This document shows positions 17,372 to 26,280 of a stretch of 64,000 bases of DNA, in pieces. The stretch is from Candidatus Latescibacterota bacterium (GTDB taxonomy: Bacteria; Latescibacterota; UBA2968; UBA8231): contig OZ242318.1 in the NCBI GenBank assembly GCA_965208105.1, positions 192,001 through 256,000 on the forward strand, read 5' to 3'. Position 1 is the first letter of the stretch; every line of letters starts with the position of its first letter. Under the pieces are notes generated by a model that made no database searches, was not told where the DNA came from, and saw nothing but the letters and a program-made list of their open reading frames with translations. A program made the translations under genes and the position numbers.

Positions 17372-18811
17372 ATGGGCTTGAGGACAGCAACGGAATACAA
17401 GGAAGGCCTGCGCGACGGCCGCGTGGTTTACTCCCGGGGAGAGCAGGTGGAGGACGTGACCACCCATCCCGATCTGGGCATCGCGGTCGAGCACGCCGCG
17501 CTCGACTTCCACCTGGCCGAGGAACCCGCCCACCGATCCTTGATGACCTGGGAGGAAGAAGACGGAGGCGAGCTGTGCAGCCGCTACTTCAAGACCCCGA
17601 AAAATCCCGCGGACCTGCTCGACCGCCGGGAGATGATCGAGCGCTCGACCCGAGCCGGGGGCGGAGTGGTGCTGCTTATCAAGGAAATCGGCAGCGACGC
17701 CCTGTTCGCCCTGGATCTGATCAGTCACCGGATGGACCGCGAACTCGGCAGCGACTACAACTCCCGGGTCAAAGCCTATGGCCGCATGTGCAGGGAGCGG
17801 GACCTGAGCATGGCGGTCGCACAGACCGACGCCAAGGGCGACCGCAGCCTTTCTCCCTCGCAGCAGGAGCACCCGGACTACTACGTCCACATCGCCGCGG
17901 AGCGCCCGGACGGCATCGTGGTGCGCGGGGCCAAGGCGCACACCACCTGCGCCCCCTACGTCGACGAGTTGATCGTCCTGCCCACCCGCGCCGTAAAGGA
18001 GGAGGACGCTCCATGCGCGGTGGCCTTCGCCGTGCCGGTGAACAGTCCCGGAGTCAAGCTGATCGCCAGCCCGTTCGGATCGCCCCCCGCCAGCGCCTTT
18101 CACCACCCGGTGAGCTCGAAGCACCGCATGATCGATACGCTGACCGTCTTCGACGATGTATTCGTGCCCAGGGAGCGCGTCTTCCTGCAGGGGGAGTGGC
18201 CCTTCGCGGGACTGCTGGCCAACACCTTCGTGGAATTCCATCGCTTTACCGCGGTCTCCTACAAGCCTCCCCTTTGCGATTTGTTCATCGGCGCCGCATC
18301 GCTTCTGGCCGAATACAACGGCATCGACCGCGCCAGTCACGTGCGCGAGAAGCTCACGCAGCTGATCGCCTACTGCGAGACCGTGCGCGGGTTGAGCCTG
18401 GCCGCGGCGCACCAGTGCCGGGTCGCGGAGCCGGGAGTGGCCGTTCCCCATACCATTCTCACCAACCTGGCCAAGTACCACTTCGCCAGCAACTATCACC
18501 AGGCCGTAAGCCTGGTCCAGGACATCGCCGGCGGGCTTGTGGTGACCGGTCCCGCCGAGGAGGACTTGCAGAATCCGCAGACCCGGCCCTATATCGAGCG
18601 CTTTCTAGGGGGTAAAAAGGGGGTCGAAACAACCGACCGGCTCAAGGCCTTCAACCTGGTCAGGGACCTGACCGCCTCGGCCTTCGGCGGCTACAACGAG
18701 CTTCTGGCCATCCACGCCGAAGGGTCACTGGAGACCCAGAAGATCACCATCTTCAGGGACTACGACATCGAGCGCTGCAAGCAACTGGCCAGGGAGGCCA
18801 TCGGCCTTTAG
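17372..18811 (+). CDS. HpaB/AbfD-family flavoprotein (4-hydroxyphenylacetate 3-hydroxylase / 4-hydroxybutyryl-CoA dehydratase fold)
   Basis: EYKEGLRDGRVVY, QTDAKGDRS, GIVVRGAKAHTT, FDDVFVPRERVFL, QDIAGG. Confidence 0.85.
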   Translation: MGLRTATEYKEGLRDGRVVYSRGEQVEDVTTHPDLGIAVEHAALDFHLAEEPAHRSLMTWEEEDGGELCSRYFKTPKNPADLLDRREMIERSTRAGGGVVLLIKEIGSDALFALDLISHRMDRELGSDYNSRVKAYGRMCRERDLSMAVAQTDAKGDRSLSPSQQEHPDYYVHIAAERPDGIVVRGAKAHTTCAPYVDELIVLPTRAVKEEDAPCAVAFAVPVNSPGVKLIASPFGSPPASAFHHPVSSKHRMIDTLTVFDDVFVPRERVFLQGEWPFAGLLANTFVEFHRFTAVSYKPPLCDLFIGAASLLAEYNGIDRASHVREKLTQLIAYCETVRGLSLAAAHQCRVAEPGVAVPHTILTNLAKYHFASNYHQAVSLVQDIAGGLVVTGPAEEDLQNPQTRPYIERFLGGKKGVETTDRLKAFNLVRDLTASAFGGYNELLAIHAEGSLETQKITIFRDYDIERCKQLAREAIGL

Positions 18812-18936
18812 CAGCCCGATGATAAAGGTGCTCTGCAGGCGAGGCGAATCGAGGGGATTCGAGGAGGGAGCGCAACGCCGTATTCGACCGCCAGGGCCGG
18901 CCGCAGCCCGGATGGACTATTTCAACGGGCTGTTAA
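18808..18936 (-). mobile_element. MITE-like element, family B, internally deleted copy
   Basis: TTAGCAGCCCGATGATAAAG ... TATTTCAACGGGCTGTTAA; reverse complement of 43056-43223 lacking about 39 bp. Confidence 0.8.
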
Positions 18937-19700
18937 ATGCAGGTCCAGCCCCCGTCCACGAAGAGGGTGGACCCGGTTACGTAGCTGGCGGCTTCCGAGG
19001 CCAGGAAGACCACCGCCCAGGCCACTTCGTGGGGCTGGCCGAAGCGGCCCAGGGGTGTGCGGTCGACTACCTGCTTGCGCAGCAGCTCATTGCCGTGAAC
19101 CCCGGCGGTCATGGCGGTTTCGATGTAGGCGGGGGCCACGGCGTTCAGGCGCACTCCGAAGGGAGCCCACTCCACCGCCAGATCGCGGGTCAGCTGGCCG
19201 AGGGCGGCCTTGCCGGCGGAGTAAGGGGCAAGGCGGGGCAGGGCGCGCACCGCGCCGACCGAGGTGATATTGACGATGGACCCCCTGCGTCTTTGCACCA
19301 TTGCGCCGCCGATTTTGCGGAGAAGGCGGACGGCGGCGTTGAGATTGACCGCGAGGACCAGCTCCCACTCCTCCTTCTCGACTGCGGAGACGTTCTTGTA
19401 GATGGGGCTGATCGCCGCGTTGTTCACCAGGATGTCCAGTGGTTCGTCCCGCCGGGAAAGGTCCTCGAGAAGGCCGGCGGTGTCGTCGGGATCGCCTATA
19501 TCGCAGCGAAGGCCCCGGGCCTTGCCCCCCCGCGTGGCGATCGCCTCCACCACTTCCTCCAACTGCTCCTCGGTGCGGCTGGCCACCACCACTTCCGCGC
19601 CGGCCCGGGCAAGGGCCAGGGCGCAGGCGCGGCCGATGCCGCGGCCTCCCCCGGTTACGAGGGCGCGTTTGCCGCCGAGATCGAACGGGGTTGAATCCAT
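18933..19700 (-). CDS. Short-chain dehydrogenase/reductase
   Basis: TGGGRGIG, NNAA, YSAGK, NAVAP, DGG. Confidence 0.93.
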   Translation of the reverse strand: MDSTPFDLGGKRALVTGGGRGIGRACALALARAGAEVVVASRTEEQLEEVVEAIATRGGKARGLRCDIGDPDDTAGLLEDLSRRDEPLDILVNNAAISPIYKNVSAVEKEEWELVLAVNLNAAVRLLRKIGGAMVQRRRGSIVNITSVGAVRALPRLAPYSAGKAALGQLTRDLAVEWAPFGVRLNAVAPAYIETAMTAGVHGNELLRKQVVDRTPLGRFGQPHEVAWAVVFLASEAASYVTGSTLFVDGGWTCI

Positions 19701-19831
19701 AATGGGCCCTCCTTGAAATTCAGATTGCCGGCTGATCCGATTCCGGGTGCTGCTGATCCCCTGCGGCGCCGGGATCGCCTGCGCGGCGCATTCTAGCGCC
19801 CGGAAATTGCGGGAATTGCGGCGAAATAACG

Positions 19832-19960
19832 AAAAAAGGTTGAAAACTGTGAAAAAAGTACCGAAAAATCGAAAAAAGTGCTAAAAATGGTTGAATTATA
19901 AAGTTACATCATTTAGTTTTTATCCCCCTTTCATCCCCGGTTCATCCCCGAACCTCCCGA
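19832..19960. promoter_or_regulatory. Phased A-tracts followed by 11-bp-period ATCCCC direct repeats in a divergent promoter region
   Basis: A4-6 tracts at 19832, 19843, 19852, 19864, 19872 and 19883; ATCCCC at 19922, 19933 and 19944. Confidence 0.5.
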
Positions 19961-20159
19961 ACATCATCTCCCTAAAGCTATGTCGATTTAATTGGCATGC
20001 CCACGGCGCCGTGAATCGACTTGGTTAGACCTTCCCGTCCCGGCGGGAACGGCGCAGTTGCGTGTGTTTCGGAGAGTAATGGAATATGAATAATCGCCAA
20101 GGCCGTGAGTTTTCCCCTTCTTCCAGGCTGAGCGAGAACCAAGAGGAGGGCAGCAGGTT

Positions 20160-21005
20160 ATGACCGCGTTGCAGACCGATTCCCTGGTCGATCAGTACTT
20201 CCACGAAATCGAGGGATCGGTAGGACTCTCGTCCGAGGACGAGGTTCAGATAGCCAAGCAGATTCAGAAGGGGGATCATCGGGCGCTGTCCGATCTGGTC
20301 CGCGCCAATCTTCGCTTCGTCGTCAGCGTCGCCAAGCAGTATCAGAATCTGGGTTTGCCCCTTTCAGACCTGATCAATGAAGGCAACCTCGGGTTGATCA
20401 TCGCCGCGAAACGCTTCGACGGAACCAAGGGGTTCAAGTTCATTTCCTATGCGGTGTGGTGGATCCGCCAGTCCATACTACAGGCCCTGGCGGAACAATC
20501 CCGGATCGTGCGCCTCCCGCTCAACCGCATCGGAGAGCTGACCAGGGTGAACAAGGTACTCAACAAGTTGGAGCAGAGGCTGGGAAGGCCGCCCGAGGTG
20601 GAGGAGATCGCCACCGAGCTGGACCTGCAGGCCGGCGACATGGACCTGCTCTTGCGCCTGGCCCAGCGCCCGGTTTCGCTGGAGACGCCCTGCGACGACA
20701 GTGAGCCGGACCGTTGCCTGGGAGACCTCATCCCCGACGAGAGCAGGCCGTCCAGCGACGACGTGATCTCCGAGGACGAGCTGAAAGCCGAGATAAAGCG
20801 CGCCATGCACGCCCTCACCGAGGGCGAGGCCTGGATTCTGCGCATGTACTACGGGCTGGACGGGCACCAGGCCATGACCCTCGAGGAAATAGGCGTATAC
20901 GTGGGTCGGACCCGCGAGAGGGTGAGGCAGATCAAGGAGAAGGCCCTGCAGAAGCTGAGACACCCGGCGCGCAGCGAATCTCTCAAGGAACACTACGCCG
21001 ATTGA
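20160..21005 (+). CDS. RNA polymerase sigma factor, RpoD/SigA family (short form without region 1.1)
   Basis: ANLRFVVSVAKQY, DLINEGNLGL, GFKFISYAVWWIRQSILQAL, TLEEIG, TRERVRQI. Confidence 0.93.
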   Translation: MTALQTDSLVDQYFHEIEGSVGLSSEDEVQIAKQIQKGDHRALSDLVRANLRFVVSVAKQYQNLGLPLSDLINEGNLGLIIAAKRFDGTKGFKFISYAVWWIRQSILQALAEQSRIVRLPLNRIGELTRVNKVLNKLEQRLGRPPEVEEIATELDLQAGDMDLLLRLAQRPVSLETPCDDSEPDRCLGDLIPDESRPSSDDVISEDELKAEIKRAMHALTEGEAWILRMYYGLDGHQAMTLEEIGVYVGRTRERVRQIKEKALQKLRHPARSESLKEHYAD

Positions 21006-21028
21006 GCCGGAGGAGGCGCCCCGGCGTC

Positions 21029-21057
21029 TTGACATTTGCCGCCGGGGCGTCTATTTT
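21029..21057 (+). promoter_or_regulatory. sigma70 promoter for tRNA-Asn
   Basis: TTGACA-17 bp-TATTTT, 30 bp before the tRNA. Confidence 0.65.
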
Positions 21058-21086
21058 GGTTTGCTTGCGAGCGAAGGTGAGTTTCT

Positions 21087-21162
21087 TCCGGCGTAGCTCA
21101 GTTGGCAGAGCGGGTGGCTGTTAACCACCATGTCGTAGGTTCGAGCCCTACCGCCGGAGCCA
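21087..21162 (+). tRNA. tRNA-Asn (GTT)
   Basis: Acceptor stem TCCGGCG/CGCCGGA; D-arm TAGCTCAGTTGGCAGAGC; anticodon arm GGTGG-CTGTTAA-CCACC; T-loop GTTCGAG; encoded CCA. Confidence 0.97.
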
Positions 21163-21202
21163 GTTTCTCGACCGCCGATACAGGCGGCTCGACAGTTTTC
21201 AC

Positions 21203-21240
21203 GAGACCCCGCGGGGGAGACCCCGGCGGGGTCTTGTCGT
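21203..21240 (+). terminator. GC-rich hairpin after the tRNA
   Basis: GAGACCCCGCGGGG-gaga-CCCCGGCGGGGTCTT followed by a weak T-rich tail. Confidence 0.55.
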
Positions 21241-21300
21241 GTGCGGCGGTTGAGCAAATCCGCCTGATGCAGTAGTTTATTTGGTCAAAGGAGACCTCCC

Positions 21301-23076
21301 ATGCGCATGAGCCAGCTGTTCAGCCGCACCCTGCGCGAAAGTTCGGCGGACGCCGAGGTGGCGAGCCACCAGTTGCTGTTGCGCGCCGGCTTCATCCGCC
21401 AGCTGGCCAGCGGCATTTTCAGCTATCTGCCCCTGGCGCAGCGGTCGCTGAACAAGGTGGAGAACATCGTCCGCGCCGAGATGAACGCCATCGGCGGCCA
21501 GGAGATCACCATGCCCGTGGTTCACCCTGCCGATATCTGGAAGGAGACCGGGCGCTGGTACCAGGTGGGCGCGGAAATGGGGCGGTTCAAGGACAGGGCC
21601 GAGCGCGAAATGGTCCTCGCCTTGACCCACGAGGAGGTGGTGGGCGACCTGGTGCGCCGGGAGATCAGGTCCTACCGCCAGTTGCCGCGGCTGATTTACC
21701 ACATCCAGACCAAGTGGCGCGACGATCCGCGCCCGCGCGCCGGGCTCATCCGGGTGCGCGAGTTCACCATGAAGGACAGCTACAGCCTCGACGCCGACTG
21801 GGAGGGGCTCGAGGCCCAGTACCGGGCCCACTACCAGGCCTACTTCAACATTTTCAACCGCTGCGGCCTTCCCACCATAGCGGTCAGGTCCGACGTGGGC
21901 ATGATGGGGGGCAGCGCCGCCCACGAGTTCATCTACCTCACACCTGTCGGGGAGGACAGCCTGACCTTGTGCCCGGCCTGCGGTTATTCGGCCAACCGCC
22001 AGATCGCCCATTTCAGGAAGCCTCAGGTCGCCGAGGAGGAGATGGGCGCATTGGAGAAGGTCTCCACTCCGAGCGTTTCCACCATCGAAAGGCTGTCCGA
22101 GTTTCTCGATGTGCCCAAAAGCAGAACCGCCAAGGCGGTCTTCGCGGTCGCCACGGTTCTCGAAGGTCTCGAGGAGGCCGAAAAGTTCGTCATCGCGATT
22201 GTCAGGGGCGACATGGAAGTCAATGAGACCAAGTTGAACAACGCTCTGCAGGCCAAAGGAATACGTCCGGCACATGAGGATGAGATCAAGGCCGGAGGGG
22301 CGGTCCCCGGATACGGTTCCGCCCTGGGGGTAAGCGGGGCGCTGGTGGTGGTGGACGATGCCATCCCCGTCTCTCCGAACCTGGTGGCCGGCGCCAACGA
22401 GGAGGGCTTCCACCTCAAGAACGTCAACTACGGGCGCGACTACAAGGCTGACCTGGTCTGCGACATTGCCGCCGCACAGGAGGGCGATCCCTGTCCCGAG
22501 TGCGGCGAGCCGATGGATTTGTCGCGCGGTGTGGAGGTGGGAAATATCTTCCAGCTGGGTACGCGCTACAGCGATTCCCTCGGCTGCGTCTTCCTCGATG
22601 CCGACGGCGTCGCCAAGCCCGTGGTCATGGGTTCATACGGGATAGGCATGGGCCGGCTCCTGGCCTGCATCGCAGAAGAGCACCACGACGAGCAGGGATT
22701 GGTCTGGCCCCTGTCGGTGGCCCCCTTCCAGGTCCACATCGTGTCCTTGGCCAAGGACGGGGGGACGGTGGCCGAGGCGAGCGCCGAGCTCTACCGGCAG
22801 TTCGCCGAGGCCGGCATCGAAGCCATTCTCGACGACCGCCCCGAGAACGCCGGGGTCAAGTTCAACGACGCGGACCTGATCGGAGTCCCGGTGCGTCTGA
22901 CCGTCGGCCAGCGCTCGCTGAAGCAGGGCAGGGTGGAGATGAAGCTGCGCCGCGGGGAGGACCGCGTCGAGGTGGCCCTGGAGGAGGTCGTTTCGAGGGT
23001 CAGATCCGAGCTGGACGACCTTCAGGGGGAGCTGGACGCCGGCGTGGTGGAGGTCGAGTACGGAAACGGCGAGTAG
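21301..23076 (+). CDS. proS: Proline--tRNA ligase (with editing insertion domain)
   Basis: SHQLLLRAGFIRQ, THEE, PRAGLIRVREFTMKDSYS, GVEVGNIFQLG, MGSYGIG, GVKFNDADLIG. Confidence 0.97.
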   Translation: MRMSQLFSRTLRESSADAEVASHQLLLRAGFIRQLASGIFSYLPLAQRSLNKVENIVRAEMNAIGGQEITMPVVHPADIWKETGRWYQVGAEMGRFKDRAEREMVLALTHEEVVGDLVRREIRSYRQLPRLIYHIQTKWRDDPRPRAGLIRVREFTMKDSYSLDADWEGLEAQYRAHYQAYFNIFNRCGLPTIAVRSDVGMMGGSAAHEFIYLTPVGEDSLTLCPACGYSANRQIAHFRKPQVAEEEMGALEKVSTPSVSTIERLSEFLDVPKSRTAKAVFAVATVLEGLEEAEKFVIAIVRGDMEVNETKLNNALQAKGIRPAHEDEIKAGGAVPGYGSALGVSGALVVVDDAIPVSPNLVAGANEEGFHLKNVNYGRDYKADLVCDIAAAQEGDPCPECGEPMDLSRGVEVGNIFQLGTRYSDSLGCVFLDADGVAKPVVMGSYGIGMGRLLACIAEEHHDEQGLVWPLSVAPFQVHIVSLAKDGGTVAEASAELYRQFAEAGIEAILDDRPENAGVKFNDADLIGVPVRLTVGQRSLKQGRVEMKLRRGEDRVEVALEEVVSRVRSELDDLQGELDAGVVEVEYGNGE

Positions 23077-23141
23077 CGGGTCCATGCCCCGGCCGGCCGC
23101 CGGGAGGCCGGGCCTGTCCCCAAGACGAAAGGATACCGACG

Positions 23142-24221
23142 GTGAAGTTAGGTACCTTCATGATGCCCCTGCATCCACCAGAGAAATCGCGCACCGAGTG
23201 CTTCGAGGAGGACATCGAGTTCGTGGTCCGCGCCGACGAGCTCGGATTCAGCGAAGCCTGGATCGGACAGCACCACACCGTTGCCTGGGAGCCCATACCC
23301 GCCAACGACGTGTTCATCTCCAACGTGCTGCCGCGCACCACCAACATCCGCCTGGGACCCGGGGTGTCCATCGTGCCCCAGCATCATCCCGCCAACATCG
23401 CCGTGCGCATGGCCTACCTGGACCACCTCTCCCGCGGGCGCCTGAACTGCGGCTTCGGACAGGGAGGGGTAACCACCGACTGGGGCCTGTTCGAGCTTCC
23501 CGACCCGCGGACGCAGGGGTTGATGACCCTGGAGGGGATCGACATGATCCTCAAGCTGTGGCAGACCGATCCCCCCTTCGAGTTCAAGGGAGATTTCTGG
23601 AACATCAAGCTCGAGACCCCCGATCCGGAGCGCGGAATCGGCACCCTGCTCAGGCCCTACCAGCAGCCCCACCCTCCCATTGCCATGAGCATGGTGAAGG
23701 AATATTCCATGGCGGCGCGCACCGCCGGACAGCGCGGCTACATCCCCATGAGCACCAATCTGCTGCGCAGCAGCAAGCTCGCGCCCCAGTGGCAGACCTA
23801 CTGCCAGGGCGCGGAGGAGGCGGGACTGCCTCCTCCCGACCGCTCCACCTGGCGCATCTCGCGCTCCATCTTCATCGGCGAGACCAGCGCGGAGGCGCGC
23901 AAATACGCCCTCGACAGCGCCTTTTCGCGCGCCTACGACTACATGGTCCAGATGCTCAAGGCGGGACAGGTCCTCGACATAGCCAAGAACGACCCGGAGA
24001 TGCCCGACGCCGCGGTGACCCCCGAGTTCATCGTCGAATCCGGCCTGGCCATCGTCGGCGACGCCGACGAGTGCACCCGCCAGCTCCGGGAGCTGTGGGA
24101 GGAGACCGGCGGCTTCGGCACCCTCCTCCTGATCTCCCACGACTGGGACGACAGGGAGCAGTGGCTCCGCACCATGGAGCTGCTGGCCAAAGAGATCGTG
24201 CCTCGCCTGCCGACGGTGTGA
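23142..24221 (+). CDS. LLM-class (luciferase-like) flavin-dependent monooxygenase
   Basis: MKLGTFMMPLHPP, ADELGFSEAWIGQHH, LDHLSRGR, PYQQPHPPI, GGFGTLL; GTG start after AAGGA. Confidence 0.9.
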   Translation: MKLGTFMMPLHPPEKSRTECFEEDIEFVVRADELGFSEAWIGQHHTVAWEPIPANDVFISNVLPRTTNIRLGPGVSIVPQHHPANIAVRMAYLDHLSRGRLNCGFGQGGVTTDWGLFELPDPRTQGLMTLEGIDMILKLWQTDPPFEFKGDFWNIKLETPDPERGIGTLLRPYQQPHPPIAMSMVKEYSMAARTAGQRGYIPMSTNLLRSSKLAPQWQTYCQGAEEAGLPPPDRSTWRISRSIFIGETSAEARKYALDSAFSRAYDYMVQMLKAGQVLDIAKNDPEMPDAAVTPEFIVESGLAIVGDADECTRQLRELWEETGGFGTLLLISHDWDDREQWLRTMELLAKEIVPRLPTV

Positions 24222-24240
24222 GTTTCAGGGGAGAGGGCTG

Positions 24241-24732
24241 ATGGCATTCGATTCCGAAATGCAGCGGCGCATCATGGGCCTTTTCGCCACCGGTGTCACC
24301 GTGGTGACCACCCGCAGCGGCGAGGAGATCAACGGCATGACCGCCAACGCGGTGTTGTCCCTCTCGCTGGACCCGCCCCTGCTCCTGGTGGCGGTGGACC
24401 GACAGGGCTCCATGTACCAGTCCATGAAGGGCAGCGACTGCTTCGCGGTGAGTATTCTGACCCGGAACCAGGAGCACCTGTCGCGGCGCTTCGCCGAGGC
24501 GGGCCCCAAGGATTTCTCCGGGCTGGAGCTGAACGTGGCGGCCACCGGGGCGCCCATCCTAGCCGGCGCCCTCGCCTTTGCCGACTGCCGCCTGGTGGAG
24601 GTCCTCGTCGGCGGCGACCACGACATGTTCATCGGGGAGCTCGTCGCCGGGGAGCTGGGATCGGGAGATCCCCTCATCTTCTACGGCGGGGAGTACGCCC
24701 GCCTGGCCAGGCAGCGGGGCGGGGGTTCGTGA
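24241..24732 (+). CDS. Flavin reductase-like protein
   Basis: FATGVTVVT, GMTAN, SLSLDPPL, GDH. Confidence 0.93.
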   Translation: MAFDSEMQRRIMGLFATGVTVVTTRSGEEINGMTANAVLSLSLDPPLLLVAVDRQGSMYQSMKGSDCFAVSILTRNQEHLSRRFAEAGPKDFSGLELNVAATGAPILAGALAFADCRLVEVLVGGDHDMFIGELVAGELGSGDPLIFYGGEYARLARQRGGGS

Positions 24733-24778
24733 CCGCCCGCGCCCGTACCCACACGAGAGAAGAAACGGAGGCTCAATC

Positions 24779-25882
24779 ATGACCAGCGCGCCTGCAGCCA
24801 TTGCCTCGACCGCGGAGGACGTCGCCGCCGGGGCCGCCCTCATCGACTGCGACGTCCACAACTACCCCGATTCCATCGACGCTCTCCTGCCCTACCTCTC
24901 GCAGCACTGGCGCTCCTATATCGCCCAGTCGGGCTTCAAGGGGCCGCCCGGGCCGCGCTACCCCAAGGGTTTCGAGTTCGCCGCCCGCCGAGACGCCTGG
25001 CCTCCCGGCGGCGGCAAGCCGGGAAGCGACCCCCAGTTCAGCCGCAGCCAGTTGCTCGATACCTGGGAGATGGACTACGCCGTTCTCAACCCCCTCTACT
25101 CCCTGTCGCTGGTGCCCAACATCGACTTCGGCAACGCCCTCGCCTCTGCTCTCAACGACTGGACCGCCGAATCCTGGCTGGATTCCGATCCGCGCTGGCG
25201 CGGCTCCATCGTCGTCAACGTGCAGGACGCCTCCGGCGCCGCCGATGAGATCCGCCGCAAGGCCGATGACCCGCGTTTCGTCCAGGTCCTGCTGCTGGTG
25301 CGCTCCCACGCCCCCTACGGGCGCCGGGAATTCCGCCCCATCTTCGCGGCGGCCTGCGAGGCGGACCTGCCCGTCGGCATCCATTTCGGCGGCAGCGGGT
25401 CCCCCATCACCCCCTGCGGATGGCCTTCCTACTACATCGAGGACCACACCGCCATGTCCCAGGCCTTCCAGGCCCAGGTGACCAGCATGGTGTGCGAAGG
25501 GGTATTCGAGGAATTTCCCCGGGCAAAGGTGGCCATAATCGAGGGGGGATTCGCCTGGCTGCCTCCCCTGATGTGGCGCCTGGACAAGAACTACAAGGGC
25601 CTGCGCCGGGAGGTGCCCTGGCTCACCCGGCTGCCCAGCGAGTACATCGTGGAGCATTTCCGCGCCACCACCCAACCCATGGAGGAGCCGGCCAACCCCA
25701 GGCACCTGATGGAAATCGTGGAGATGATCGGCTGCGACGACTTCCTCATGTTCGCCACCGACTATCCCCACTGGGACTTCGATGCTCCCGACCGCGCCCT
25801 GCCTGCGGTGGTTCCCCAAGACCTCAGGCGCCGCATCCTTGTGGACAATGCGGCGGAGTTCTATGCCTTCCAGCGTTCGTGA
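24779..25882 (+). CDS. Amidohydrolase_2 family TIM-barrel metalloenzyme
   Basis: IDCDVH, GIHFGG, IEGGFAW, TTQPMEEP, FATDYPHWDFD; GGAGG RBS. Confidence 0.88.
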   Translation: MTSAPAAIASTAEDVAAGAALIDCDVHNYPDSIDALLPYLSQHWRSYIAQSGFKGPPGPRYPKGFEFAARRDAWPPGGGKPGSDPQFSRSQLLDTWEMDYAVLNPLYSLSLVPNIDFGNALASALNDWTAESWLDSDPRWRGSIVVNVQDASGAADEIRRKADDPRFVQVLLLVRSHAPYGRREFRPIFAAACEADLPVGIHFGGSGSPITPCGWPSYYIEDHTAMSQAFQAQVTSMVCEGVFEEFPRAKVAIIEGGFAWLPPLMWRLDKNYKGLRREVPWLTRLPSEYIVEHFRATTQPMEEPANPRHLMEIVEMIGCDDFLMFATDYPHWDFDAPDRALPAVVPQDLRRRILVDNAAEFYAFQRS

Positions 25883-26228
25883 CCTCGGCGCCGCTTCGGT
25901 TTTCGAGGAGGGCAGGCCCTACCGCGTCGAGCTCGACGGCAAGGCCCTGGTGCTGGTGCGCCGGGGGGACCGGTTTTTCGCCCTGCGCGACACCTGCCCG
26001 CACCAGGGAGCCCGGTTGTCGGACGGCCGCGTGGGGGGGACCGCGCTCGAGTGCATGCCCGGAGACGGCATTCCCTACGGCCGCGACGGGGAGATCCTGA
26101 CCTGTCCCTGGCACGGCTGGGAGTTCGAGCTTGGCAGCGGCAAGTGCCTTGTCAATCCGCAGCGGGTGCGGGTGCGGTCCTATCGCGCCTGGGTCGAGGC
26201 GGACCGGGTGCTGGTCGACCTGGGTTAG
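25863..26228 (+). CDS. Rieske [2Fe-2S] ferredoxin
   Basis: CPHQG ... CPWHGWEF; overlaps the amidohydrolase 3' end. Confidence 0.92.
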   Translation: MPSSVRDLGAASVFEEGRPYRVELDGKALVLVRRGDRFFALRDTCPHQGARLSDGRVGGTALECMPGDGIPYGRDGEILTCPWHGWEFELGSGKCLVNPQRVRVRSYRAWVEADRVLVDLG

Positions 26229-26277
26229 TGTCCCGCCGCAAAAGACAGGTAGACAGAGCTGGGCGGACGGGGCACCC
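26225..26277 (-). repeat. Truncated family A element (right end only)
   Basis: TTAGTGTCCCGCCGCA..AGGT.GAC...TGGGC matches the reverse complement of the copy 1 right end. Confidence 0.65.
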
Positions 26278-26280
26278 CAC

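Noticed and set aside
17372-18811. Call as true 4-hydroxybutyryl-CoA dehydratase (carbon-fixation marker)
   Set aside because: The [4Fe-4S]-binding cysteines are missing
19993-20007. Second sigma54 promoter TGGCAT-N5-CGGC before the sigma factor
   Set aside because: Spacing is right but the -12 element lacks TTGC; too weak in GC-rich DNA
21087-21300. tRNA-Asn as an integration site of a genomic island
   Set aside because: No integrase and no duplicated tRNA 3' end noticed; proS follows directly
22500-23141. N-terminal 214-aa extension of the LLM ORF
   Set aside because: It overlaps proS in another frame; the family N-terminus and RBS point to GTG at 23142
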